This document shows positions 1 to 7,803 of a stretch of DNA of 32,000 nt, one piece after another. The notes below the pieces were generated by a model. That model made no database searches, was not told the DNA's origin, and saw only the letters and a list, made by a program, of their open reading frames with translations. Source of the stretch: an uncultured Chloroflexia bacterium (GTDB lineage Bacteria; Chloroflexota; Anaerolineae; Anaerolineales; Anaerolineaceae); the NCBI GenBank assembly GCA_963704755.1, contig OY969938.1:2400001-2432000 (forward strand), read 5' to 3'. Made by a program: the position numbers and the translations under genes. Position 1 is the first letter of the stretch. Each line of letters opens with the position of its first letter.

Positions 1-389
1 AGCAGGCTAATACAATGGTCACAAGCCAGGCCGATCAGATCACAACCTTACAGACGGCCAATACGGGCCTGCAAAAGGAACTGGATTCTGCCACGCTGCA
101 TTTGTACGTGCTCAAGGCGCTGTCAGGTGCGCGCGGAGCCAGCCAGGCAGTGGCTACCGGCGATTACGCTGGGGCGCGCTTGTTATTGATCCAGTCCTCT
201 GCCGCGCTGGATACCCTACCTTCCCTGATGGGTACGAATCAAAAAGACGTACTAACCGCTTTGCAGCAGAGTGCTGCTCAGGTATTAACTTTGGTAAAGA
301 CAACCAACCTGAAGTCAGCACAACCGGAGTTAGAACAGTTGACCAAAAATCTGGCACAACTGGAAGGCAATTTATTCCCTAACCCCTGA
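1..389 (+). CDS. 3' end of a hypothetical protein (Ala/Leu/Gln-rich, coiled-coil-like); the frame is open to the window edge
   Basis: The frame of ORF 15..389 stays open back to nt 3. The stop is TGA at 387-389. No recognisable catalytic motif. Confidence 0.35.
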   Translation, partial: QANTMVTSQADQITTLQTANTGLQKELDSATLHLYVLKALSGARGASQAVATGDYAGARLLLIQSSAALDTLPSLMGTNQKDVLTALQQSAAQVLTLVKTTNLKSAQPELEQLTKNLAQLEGNLFPNP

Positions 390-464
390 TTCTTCCGTCC
401 TTTCGATAAGCCGCCTAACCCCCAACTGCCCCTCGGTCAATCGACCAGGTAGCTTTAATTGGTA

Positions 465-506
465 GGATCAGAACCCCGATGGGGAAATCCATCGGGGTTC
501 TGATCC
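465..506. terminator. Perfect 18-bp stem / 6-nt loop hairpin between convergent genes (terminator-like)
   Basis: GGATCAGAACCCCGATGG (465-482) pairs with CCATCGGGGTTCTGATCC (489-506). It lies between the + ORF ending at 389 and the - MFS gene ending at 632. No clear U-tract follows on either strand. Confidence 0.45.
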
Positions 507-631
507 CTAATATCTATCCGGCCTTTTCTGCACTGGGGATGCACATCGTTTTCCCATTTTTGATGCGCGTAGCGTTTATTACGCTCGTAGAACTTCCAAT
601 CAGTTCCTTGTTTTCAGCTTTCAGCGATGGT

Positions 632-1810
632 TTAAGGTTTTTCGTTATCCATATTGACTACCTGCCCGCGAATGAGTACAAAACTCAGGAGCAGCGTAAT
701 GACAAGTGCAATACCGAAGATCAAAAAAAGATTGCTGAGCCCAGTTGCAGAGATGATTTTTCCCGCTAAAGCGGTTCCGACACCTCCTCCGCCCATAAAA
801 CAAAAGGCGACCAGCGACATCGCAGCTCCCCTCTCTTTTTGGGCGAATTCGGTTGCTCTGGTCAGTAACGTGGAATGGGTGAAGATGAAACCCAGGCCCA
901 ATAGTGCTACACCAAGGATCAGGAGCGCCAGGAATTGTCCAGACAGAAAAATGACCAGATCGGCCAGGGCAGCGGAGATCAACCCTATGCTCAGAATATT
1001 TCTGGAGCCGATTTTCGCAGCCAATTTTCCGCTAAGCCTTCCGCCGATGACTGTCATAATCCCAAAGCCGGTCATGATCAGGCCAATATAGAAATAATTA
1101 AAGCCATAAGTTTTTGAAATATAAGCGCCTGTAAAGGAAAAACTCCCCACGATAAATAATCCTTCCAGCGCCACGATAAGATATGTAAAGAGACTCGTTG
1201 TAGAACCGAGCAGTTTGCTGTAAGGCGCAAACATTTTGCTGTCCGGATGTTTTTCGGATGGAAGAACCTTGTAATTGGTCACCAGCAATATAACGGGGAT
1301 CAAGGAAAAAACCGCATAAGTAACGAATACACCGCGCCAATTGAAGAAAAATGCGATCGTCCCGCCGATTGCCATACTGAGTCCCTGTCCCAGGAAAGAT
1401 ATTCCCATGAAAGTGCCAATTGCGCCTTGTCTTTCCCGGAGTGGGAAAACGTCGCCGATCAATGCCAGAGAAATCGGCATGACAGACGCCGCAAAAATTC
1501 CGGTCAGCGCGCGAAAGATCGCCAGATTGGTCAAGTTCGAACCTAAGGCACATAACCCGGCCGAAACAGTGAATAAGATAACCGAAAGCACAATGACCTG
1601 TTTTTTTCCATACCGGTCCGCAAGGGGGCCAAAAATAATCTGGAAAACACCGAAGGGGATCATGTAAGCAGTGATTAGTAGTCCTGCTCGTGCGATATCG
1701 ATGTTTAGATTCGTGGATATCGCCGGAAGGATCGGCGACACCACCCAGTTGTCTGCCATCACAACAAAACCGGCCAGTCCAAGAAACAAAATGAGTTTAT
1801 TTTTGTTCAT
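632..1810 (-). CDS. MFS transporter (drug/H+ antiporter-like)
   Basis: ORF 632..1918 trimmed to the ATG at 1808-1810 (MNKNKLILFLGL...). The profile is polytopic and hydrophobic. MFS motif A 'GPLADRYGKK' is present. Confidence 0.85.
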   Translation of the reverse strand: MNKNKLILFLGLAGFVVMADNWVVSPILPAISTNLNIDIARAGLLITAYMIPFGVFQIIFGPLADRYGKKQVIVLSVILFTVSAGLCALGSNLTNLAIFRALTGIFAASVMPISLALIGDVFPLRERQGAIGTFMGISFLGQGLSMAIGGTIAFFFNWRGVFVTYAVFSLIPVILLVTNYKVLPSEKHPDSKMFAPYSKLLGSTTSLFTYLIVALEGLFIVGSFSFTGAYISKTYGFNYFYIGLIMTGFGIMTVIGGRLSGKLAAKIGSRNILSIGLISAALADLVIFLSGQFLALLILGVALLGLGFIFTHSTLLTRATEFAQKERGAAMSLVAFCFMGGGGVGTALAGKIISATGLSNLFLIFGIALVITLLLSFVLIRGQVVNMDNEKP

Positions 1811-1934
1811 TCTCGATTGGATCCTTTCATTTCTCATGAAATTTACCGGGACCGATAATGCAAGCAAGGAAACGCCCTCAACTGCATCTTCGGAAAACCC
1901 AAAAATGGGGAATATCAAGCTATGTTCAAAGGTT

Positions 1935-3014
1935 TTACATGATCAGGTTGAACAGATACCCGGTGAAGACAATGGCTATTGTGATCACAGCGATAAAAAC
2001 AGCGATGAGTTGGGGTTTGAGCACCCGGCGCAGGATGATCATCTCCGGCAGGCTCAGTCCAACCACGGACATCATGAAGGCCAGTACGGTGCCCAATGAA
2101 GCGCCTTTTTCCATCAAGGCACTAACGATCGGAATCACTCCGGCCGCGTTGGAATAGAGTGGGACGCCCAGGAGGACGGCTGCCGGCACAGACCACCAGG
2201 CTTGCCTGCCCATGATGCCAGCCAGGGCCGAATCAGGTACGTACCCGTGGATACCTGCCCCCACAGCGATGCCTACCACTACATACAACCAGACTTTACC
2301 AACAATCTCCTTGACCGCCTCCCAGGCGCGCCGGATGCGCTCGGACCAGGTCAAATTTTCGCCCTCAACACCGCCTGTTGCCTGCATCTTCCAGACAAAA
2401 TCCTCGACATAACGCTCCAGGTGAAAGCGTCCAATAACCATACCGGCAACGATAGCGATTACCAGGCCAGAGGCAATATATATTCCGGCTACTCTCCAAC
2501 CAAACAGGCCAAAGAGCATTACCAGCGCTACCTCGTTGATCGTTGGCGCGGCGATCAGAAAGGAGAAGGTCACGCCCAAGGGGATACCGCTCTCGACAAA
2601 ACCGATGAACAGCGGCACGGCCGAGCAGGAACAGAACGGGGTCACGATACCGAGCATGGCTGCCAGCACATTTCCGATCCCCTGGCGTTTCCCGCCCAGC
2701 AGCGCCCGGGTGCGTTCCGGGCTAAAAAAGGTGCGGATGATCGAGATTCCAAAGATCATGCCGGACAGCAACAGCACGATCTTTGGAACATCGTACAGGA
2801 AGAAAGCCACCGCCTCCCCAAGGTGCGATCCCTGGGGCAGATTCAAGGCCGTGTAAGCCACCCAATTGGCCAGCGGCTGGATGGTCTGGTAAGCAGCCAC
2901 CCAGGCCGCCACGATTAATACCAGAAGCCCGACCATGCGCCAGTGGGATTGTTTCTGTCGCTGGGGACGCGATTGTACAAGTAAATGATCCATATCAGCT
3001 CCGACCACATTCAA
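1935..3014 (-). CDS. Polytopic permease of the COG0701/ArsP-type family
   Basis: 359-aa membrane ORF with the 'PFCSCSAVPLF' motif characteristic of this permease family. It sits downstream of a CxxC redox protein and arsR. The start may instead be the ATG at 2993 (MDHLL...). Confidence 0.75.
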   Translation of the reverse strand: MNVVGADMDHLLVQSRPQRQKQSHWRMVGLLVLIVAAWVAAYQTIQPLANWVAYTALNLPQGSHLGEAVAFFLYDVPKIVLLLSGMIFGISIIRTFFSPERTRALLGGKRQGIGNVLAAMLGIVTPFCSCSAVPLFIGFVESGIPLGVTFSFLIAAPTINEVALVMLFGLFGWRVAGIYIASGLVIAIVAGMVIGRFHLERYVEDFVWKMQATGGVEGENLTWSERIRRAWEAVKEIVGKVWLYVVVGIAVGAGIHGYVPDSALAGIMGRQAWWSVPAAVLLGVPLYSNAAGVIPIVSALMEKGASLGTVLAFMMSVVGLSLPEMIILRRVLKPQLIAVFIAVITIAIVFTGYLFNLIM

Positions 3015-3085
3015 GAAATTGAATAATATTCATTAAAGAGGGGGAAGCCGGAAACAGCAATAACCGGCTTCCACCTAACGTTACA

Positions 3086-3326
3086 TCATGCTTTAAGCCA
3101 GGTCGCGATTTCGTTTTCGGCCGGAATCCGGCCGGCTGAAACGAGCTTTTCGGTTAACCACCAGGCCCGGGGTAGACAATATCGGGTATTTCATGATCTC
3201 AGCGTAATCGGTCACTTTTACAATTTCCGCTTCGACACCCAGATCCGTAATCACTTTGCGGGTTACGGCTTCGAGCCTCTTACAGTTGGCACAACCAGAA
3301 CCAAGCACCTTAATGGTAAGCATCAA
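3086..3326 (-). CDS. Small thioredoxin-like 'redox-active disulfide protein 2' with an apparent 1-nt frameshift near 3152
   Basis: The N-terminus [18 protein letters not shown] carries the CxxC motif. The tail of tracked ORF 3093..3326 ([20 protein letters not shown]) is unlike the family. The neighbouring frame from ~3152 reads [21 protein letters not shown] and stops at TGA 3086-3088. Confidence 0.75.
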
Positions 3327-3360
3327 AACCTCCAGGATATGCAGAATTTTGTATATATTT

Positions 3361-3392
3361 ACAGCAAAGAAAAAGCCTGATCCAGGCTTTTA
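3361..3392 (-). terminator. Short stem-loop plus U-tract downstream of arsR
   Basis: The minus strand reads AGCCTG-GAT-CAGGCT followed by TTTTCTTTG. An A-tract on the other side makes it potentially bidirectional. Confidence 0.4.
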
Positions 3393-3400
3393 TGAACAGA

Positions 3401-3757
3401 CTAAGCGTTACATTTAGGGCACGGGCAATGAATGTTATTTTTCACATGCGGCACGCTGGATTCTCCTAAAACCTGTTGTACGGCATCCAAGACGGCATAA
3501 ATTTGGGGATCGGCAACTCGATAATAAACATTCCAGCCATCCCGCCGGTCCTGGATCAACCCGGCTTCGCGCAGAACAGCTAACTGCTGGGAGATGTACG
3601 ATTGACGCAAGCCCAGGTGAGCCTCCATATGACAAACGCAGTGTTCGCCGTCTCGCAGAATGGCTAAAATCGCCAGCCGGGCCGGATGGGTAAGCACTTT
3701 GAGCAACTGCGATTGCGCTTCGAAAGGATGTACTTCAGTCAAAGAATCGTTAACCAT
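3401..3757 (-). CDS. arsR: ArsR/SmtB-family metalloregulator
   Basis: Winged-helix segment LKVLTHPARLAILAILRDGEHCVCHMEAHLGLRQSYISQQLAVLREAGL with the CVC metalloid-binding motif. ORF 3401..3856 is trimmed to the ATG at 3757 (MVNDSL...). The C-terminus is Cys-rich (HCPCPKC). Confidence 0.85.
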   Translation of the reverse strand: MVNDSLTEVHPFEAQSQLLKVLTHPARLAILAILRDGEHCVCHMEAHLGLRQSYISQQLAVLREAGLIQDRRDGWNVYYRVADPQIYAVLDAVQQVLGESSVPHVKNNIHCPCPKCNA

Positions 3758-4132
3758 ATTCAAAACCTTGCATGTGATAATAGCACAAGCCAGAAACAGA
3801 CAAAAAGGCCGTCTGTCACCTATTCCATATGACGGACGGCCTGAATGTAGCAGCAATTGTAGCTTTAGTTATCCGTAGCAGCTTCTACAGTCAATCCAGG
3901 CCCAAATGCGGCCCAGAGCCAAAGCCAGGCTTGACTATGGAAGCGATAACACTATCGGCTGACGCCCTCGAAATTTCACCCGTACTGGTGCCACGCTATT
4001 TTAAGCTTCTTTCAGGAACAACAGATGGAGAATACCTCTAATAATGAGGGCGTATCCCATTCCACATAATACTTTTAGTCGTTGAGAGTGTATTGCAGTT
4101 CGGGTAGATTTATGCCAACTCGGACATAATTC

Positions 4133-4693
4133 TTATTCACTTGCTCCTGGTTCACCCTTCTCCCCGGTAAAGGCGTATTCGGTTTCAGCTTTGCATTCAT
4201 TTGACAGCGCCTCCCCGTACGGTTCGTAGCTGCGGTTCAGGCGCACATCCCCCGCCTCGTCCACTAACTGGCGTACCGAGCCAAGCGCATCGCCAATGAA
4301 ATACTCCGTCGAAGCAGCACTTTCTTGTTCCAACCGACAGTTTCCGTAAAGGTAAGTCCGTGCTCCGTCAGCCAATACCTGGGTGAGTGTCCAAAAGGCA
4401 TACTCCACACTGGCGTTCAGGTCCAGGGTGTAGTGGGTGGTCACGCCGTTCTCGAACTGGCGGAGCCGGTCGCCCAGGCCGTTGTAGGCGTAGCCTACCG
4501 TCAGGCCGCTGGCGCTGACCGCGGTCAGTTGGTTGGCGTGGTTGTAGGTATAGGTGTTGACACCATCGTTGAGCAGGTTGCCGTTGCCGTCCCAGGTATA
4601 GCTGACCGCGTTGAGCGTGTTAATACGGTTAGCATCGTCATAGGTGTAGGTATTGACCACTTCCGGCATTTGCGGATCCACCACTTTGGCTTC
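4133..4693 (-). pseudogene. C8: terminal rhs/YD-repeat remnant, truncated at both ends, with no toxin tip
   Basis: YD repeats (YTYDDANRINTLNAVSYTWDGNGN...). The open frame starts right after an in-frame TAA (4694-4696). It ends at ...YAFTGEKGEPGASE*, i.e. inside the conserved AFTGE(N/D)YD core segment, before the DPxG motif. Confidence 0.8.
4441..4690. repeat. ~250-bp near-identical YD-repeat block shared by C8 and C7 (partner at 6662-6912, offset about 2221 bp)
   Basis: Direct comparison of the two stretches shows only scattered mismatches. A more diverged copy lies at 17402-17545 (C2) and 9017-9250 (C6). Confidence 0.8.
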
Positions 4694-4745
4694 TTACATA
4701 TAATAGGTATACAGCACATCATCATTTGATCCAACTATCAGTTGA

Positions 4746-5471
4746 TTACTTCTCATCAATAAATCCCTGCCAATTCTTATACGATGATAAAGATAGATAA
4801 CTTTGCAATTGGCTATCTTCCATAATATGTACAATATCAACGTTCAGCTCATTTGGCATCTTTAAGCTAGATTGAATGATTTTTTCGCATAGATCTTGTC
4901 TAAAAAATGGTGTACGTTCACCATAATGATATAAAATCATTTTTCTTGAAATCCAGACAAGCCCCACATCACATCCCTTTCCTTCCGGATCATTTCTCTG
5001 ATAAAAAAATCCATCCGGTATTCCGATTTCATCAACCACCTCATAAAAACTAATTTGAAAATTAGGGAATACCTTTATATCGTAAAGTTTATCATCGGTA
5101 ATTGTTCGGAAATCGACTGCTAGCATATTCAGAGGTTTTTTGTAAATCGTTTGAATCTCATCACCTGGAATAAATCGATTTACGGAATTGCTCCAAATCT
5201 CGATTGATTTCTCTTTGGTTTCATCAAGATTTAGAAATCCTAAATTTTGGATTTCCTTAATCACATCTTCCTTTGTTGATTTACCAGGAATGAGACCATA
5301 CCAACATGGCGGAGTACATAGTATTTTTTTATTCATCCAACTGTTATCAATAAATTTGGGATCAGTAATATTAGAATTTCCGCTATCTTTTATGCAAGCA
5401 CATAATAGAAATACTAATCCCAAACTTATCAGACCTAAGCTAAGGCAGATTATTGATCTGTTTCTCAACAT
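4746..5471 (-). CDS. Putative lipoprotein immunity protein for the C7 metallopeptidase tip (CxPPCW[YW]G family, paralog of 7087..7803)
   Basis: ATG at 5469-5471 preceded by AAGGAAG. Signal peptide with lipobox LCAC, then the motif CTPPCWYGLIPGKS. It overlaps the toxin 3' end by 32 nt. AT-rich. Confidence 0.6.
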   Translation of the reverse strand: MLRNRSIICLSLGLISLGLVFLLCACIKDSGNSNITDPKFIDNSWMNKKILCTPPCWYGLIPGKSTKEDVIKEIQNLGFLNLDETKEKSIEIWSNSVNRFIPGDEIQTIYKKPLNMLAVDFRTITDDKLYDIKVFPNFQISFYEVVDEIGIPDGFFYQRNDPEGKGCDVGLVWISRKMILYHYGERTPFFRQDLCEKIIQSSLKMPNELNVDIVHIMEDSQLQSYLSLSSYKNWQGFIDEK

Positions 5472-7086
5472 AACTCTTCCTTTTTGGGGTATTTCCAATT
5501 CCGATTACTAATCCGGATTGATAATTAGGATAAACATAATATGCTAAAGATTGAGCCCAATCCTCTGCGCCTGGGTGGGTAAATAAAGGTCCTCCACCTC
5601 CATAAGTTGATGAATATGGGAATTCTTTGCATTCATTAATTGGATTTTGTGGACCAGGGGTTGAAGATGCACATTTGCTTTTTGTGTCGGGTGGAGGTTC
5701 GGGATAAGTGATCCCTCCAGAAGCATCAACTGTCGGTTTATATGGATCCCAATGGCATCCGCCCATACCCAGGCAATCCCAAGTTCCTAACTCTTGCATC
5801 AACCCATAAGATAATTGATTTCCAGTTTGATAATCCCATACGTGTCCAAATTCATGAACGAAAGTATGTTTATAATAATCATCATAACCTGTTTGTAAAT
5901 CGTCAAAAACAATATCCCCCAATAGAGGTTCCCAAATCCCTGGAGGAGACATAGCTCCTAATCCATGAATTTTATTTATCCTCAAACTCTTTACAGCAAC
6001 ATTCATTTTCCCATTCATTTTAGAATTCAAATCAATAGCCGCTTGTTTTATCAGCTTCAGTTCATCAAGTATCCAATTGCCCTTTCTCCATTCACAAGAG
6101 GTTTTCTCACGGGGATTTGGAATATACCCTGTAACCGAAATTGGTCCCCAATCTTTTTTTATGGTTATTCCGAAAGTTAGCAAATCTTTCAAATATTGAT
6201 CAGCTGCACCCGTTTCGCTCTGCTCAATATGCCCAGTTGGATCTTTGTAATTAATTGGGTCCCCGGTGACATATAACCAGGAGTTATAGGACATGGGGTT
6301 TCTAACATTAGTTGGCCAGATATCCTTGCTGACAAACCTTCCGTCTGCCGGCTGGTAGTACCTCGCCCGCATATAGACCAGCCCGGTCAGTGCATCATAA
6401 TCTTCTCCGGTAAAAGCGTAATCTGTGGTGGCGGTTCCTTGGCTCTCCAGCACCTCCCCATACGGCGCATAGCTCTGAGTCAAAGTGACCTCGCCCTCCT
6501 CGTCGGTCATCTGCCGTACACTGCCCAGTGCATCCGGCAGGAAGTAACCGGTCTGGGTCTCACTCACCTGGGCAATGCGATTTACACCATACAGGTAGCT
6601 ATTCGTCCCATCCTGCAGCACCTGGGTCAGCCCGGCGTTCAGGTCCAGGGTGTAGTGGGTGGTCACGCCGTTCTCGAACCGGCTGAGCCGGTCGCCCAGG
6701 CCGTTGTAGGCGTAGCCTGCGGTCAGGCCGCTGGCGCTGACCGCGGTCAGTTGGTTGGCGTGGTTGTAGGTATAGGTGTTGACACCATCGTTGGGCAGGT
6801 TGCCGTTGCCGTCCCAGGTATAGCTGACCGCGTTGAGCGTGTTAATGCGGTTAGCGTCGTCATAGGTGTAGGTATTGACCACTTCCGGCAGGAGCGGGTC
6901 CACTACTTTGGCTTCCTCCAGGCGGTTACCGACCGCGTCATACTGATAATGGAAGTATAGCCCTGAATCGTAATCCGCGGCGGTCAGGCGGTTGAGCGGG
7001 TCGTATGTGTAGTCGATGGTGTGGCTGCCTGGTGGGGGCTCGTCGTACGGAATGCGCGCTGGAAGGACTTTGAGGACATTCTTTTC
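5440..7086 (-). CDS. C7: orphan (5'-truncated) rhs C-terminal module with a HExxH zinc-metallopeptidase toxin tip
   Basis: The frame is open from directly after the TAA of the upstream immunity gene (7087-7089). There is no ATG; the first GTG is at 6903. It carries YD repeats, the core end ...LVYMRARYYQPADGRFVSKD...GDPINYKDPTGH, and a tip from ~6228. HEFGH is encoded at 5842-5856. Confidence 0.8.
   Translation of the reverse strand, partial: EKNVLKVLPARIPYDEPPPGSHTIDYTYDPLNRLTAADYDSGLYFHYQYDAVGNRLEEAKVVDPLLPEVVNTYTYDDANRINTLNAVSYTWDGNGNLPNDGVNTYTYNHANQLTAVSASGLTAGYAYNGLGDRLSRFENGVTTHYTLDLNAGLTQVLQDGTNSYLYGVNRIAQVSETQTGYFLPDALGSVRQMTDEEGEVTLTQSYAPYGEVLESQGTATTDYAFTGEDYDALTGLVYMRARYYQPADGRFVSKDIWPTNVRNPMSYNSWLYVTGDPINYKDPTGHIEQSETGAADQYLKDLLTFGITIKKDWGPISVTGYIPNPREKTSCEWRKGNWILDELKLIKQAAIDLNSKMNGKMNVAVKSLRINKIHGLGAMSPPGIWEPLLGDIVFDDLQTGYDDYYKHTFVHEFGHVWDYQTGNQLSYGLMQELGTWDCLGMGGCHWDPYKPTVDASGGITYPEPPPDTKSKCASSTPGPQNPINECKEFPYSSTYGGGGPLFTHPGAEDWAQSLAYYVYPNYQSGLVIGIGNTPKRKSYVEKQINNLP
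5762..6675. repeat. Copy A of a ~914-bp identical or near-identical block of a tandem duplication (copy B at 8103-9016, offset 2341 bp)
   Basis: Every six-frame ORF translation in this span is identical to its partner (for example 5965..6180 = 8306..8521). Spot-checked nucleotides are identical. Confidence 0.9.
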
Positions 7087-7803
7087 TTATTTCACAGTAT
7101 TAAACCCTTGCCATCTTCTATAAGTTGTCATCGAGTGAAAATCTTCTATTTGACTTTCATCCATAAGATCAATATAACTTACATCCAATCCAGAAGGTAA
7201 TTTATCTCTATATTCATCGACTTTTTCGCAAAGATCTTTTGTAAAGATTGAGGGATTATCACCGAAATAATAGATCACCATTTTTCGAGAAAGCCAAATG
7301 ACAGCTAAGTCACACCCTCTTCCTTCGGGACCCTTTTTCGAAAGGGTAAACCCGTCTGGTTTTCCAATCTTCTCAACAACCTCATTTATGGTGATGTGAT
7401 AATTGGGTGACAGTCTAATATAATTTAAAATGTCCTGGTCTGAAAATTGAAAATATGCAGCCCACATATTCATAGGCTCTTTGTAATAAACCCATACAGC
7501 TTTCCCCGAGACAAGTTCTTCTTTTGTATCGCTCCAATAAGTAATATCCTTCTCGGTGAATTTTTCCGAATCTAAGAAAATTATTGATGGAATAGCATCA
7601 AGTAGTTCATTTATTGATGAATAACCCGGTGAAATCCCATACCAACAAGGAGGTTTACATGGTTTATCCTCTAGCCAACTTTGATCTATAAGGTCAGGGT
7701 CGGATATATTGGTTGGCACACCATTGATGCATGCTGAAATAATAATTAATAAACCTAACCAAGATAACCCAAACCTAATGTAGATTATTAATTTGCTTTT
7801 CAA
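7087..7803 (-). CDS. Putative lipoprotein immunity protein for the C6 metallopeptidase tip (CxPPCW[YW]G family)
   Basis: TTG start at 7803 preceded by AAGGAAG. Lipobox ISAC. Motif CKPPCWYGISPGYS. Clearly homologous to 4746..5471 but much more diverged than the toxin core. It overlaps the toxin 3' end by 29 nt. Confidence 0.6.
   Translation of the reverse strand: MKSKLIIYIRFGLSWLGLLIIISACINGVPTNISDPDLIDQSWLEDKPCKPPCWYGISPGYSSINELLDAIPSIIFLDSEKFTEKDITYWSDTKEELVSGKAVWVYYKEPMNMWAAYFQFSDQDILNYIRLSPNYHITINEVVEKIGKPDGFTLSKKGPEGRGCDLAVIWLSRKMVIYYFGDNPSIFTKDLCEKVDEYRDKLPSGLDVSYIDLMDESQIEDFHSMTTYRRWQGFNTVK

Noticed and set aside
3829-4130. ORFs 3660..3878 and 3829..4041 in the gap between arsR and the rhs island.
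   Set aside because: They have no RBS, no motif, and a composition typical of non-coding DNA. The region is better read as the arsR promoter plus the left boundary of the island.
6439-6960. Long + strand ORFs antisense to the rhs cores: 6439..6960, 8780..9049, 4325..4729, 11318..11605, 17390..17740 and 19155..19580. Similar ORFs lie antisense to the permease and MFS genes: 2202..2918 and 654..1091.
   Set aside because: They are shadow ORFs of GC-rich coding sequence on the other strand. Their translations are low-complexity (V/G/A/Q-rich), and the opposite strand carries clear YD-repeat or transporter motifs.
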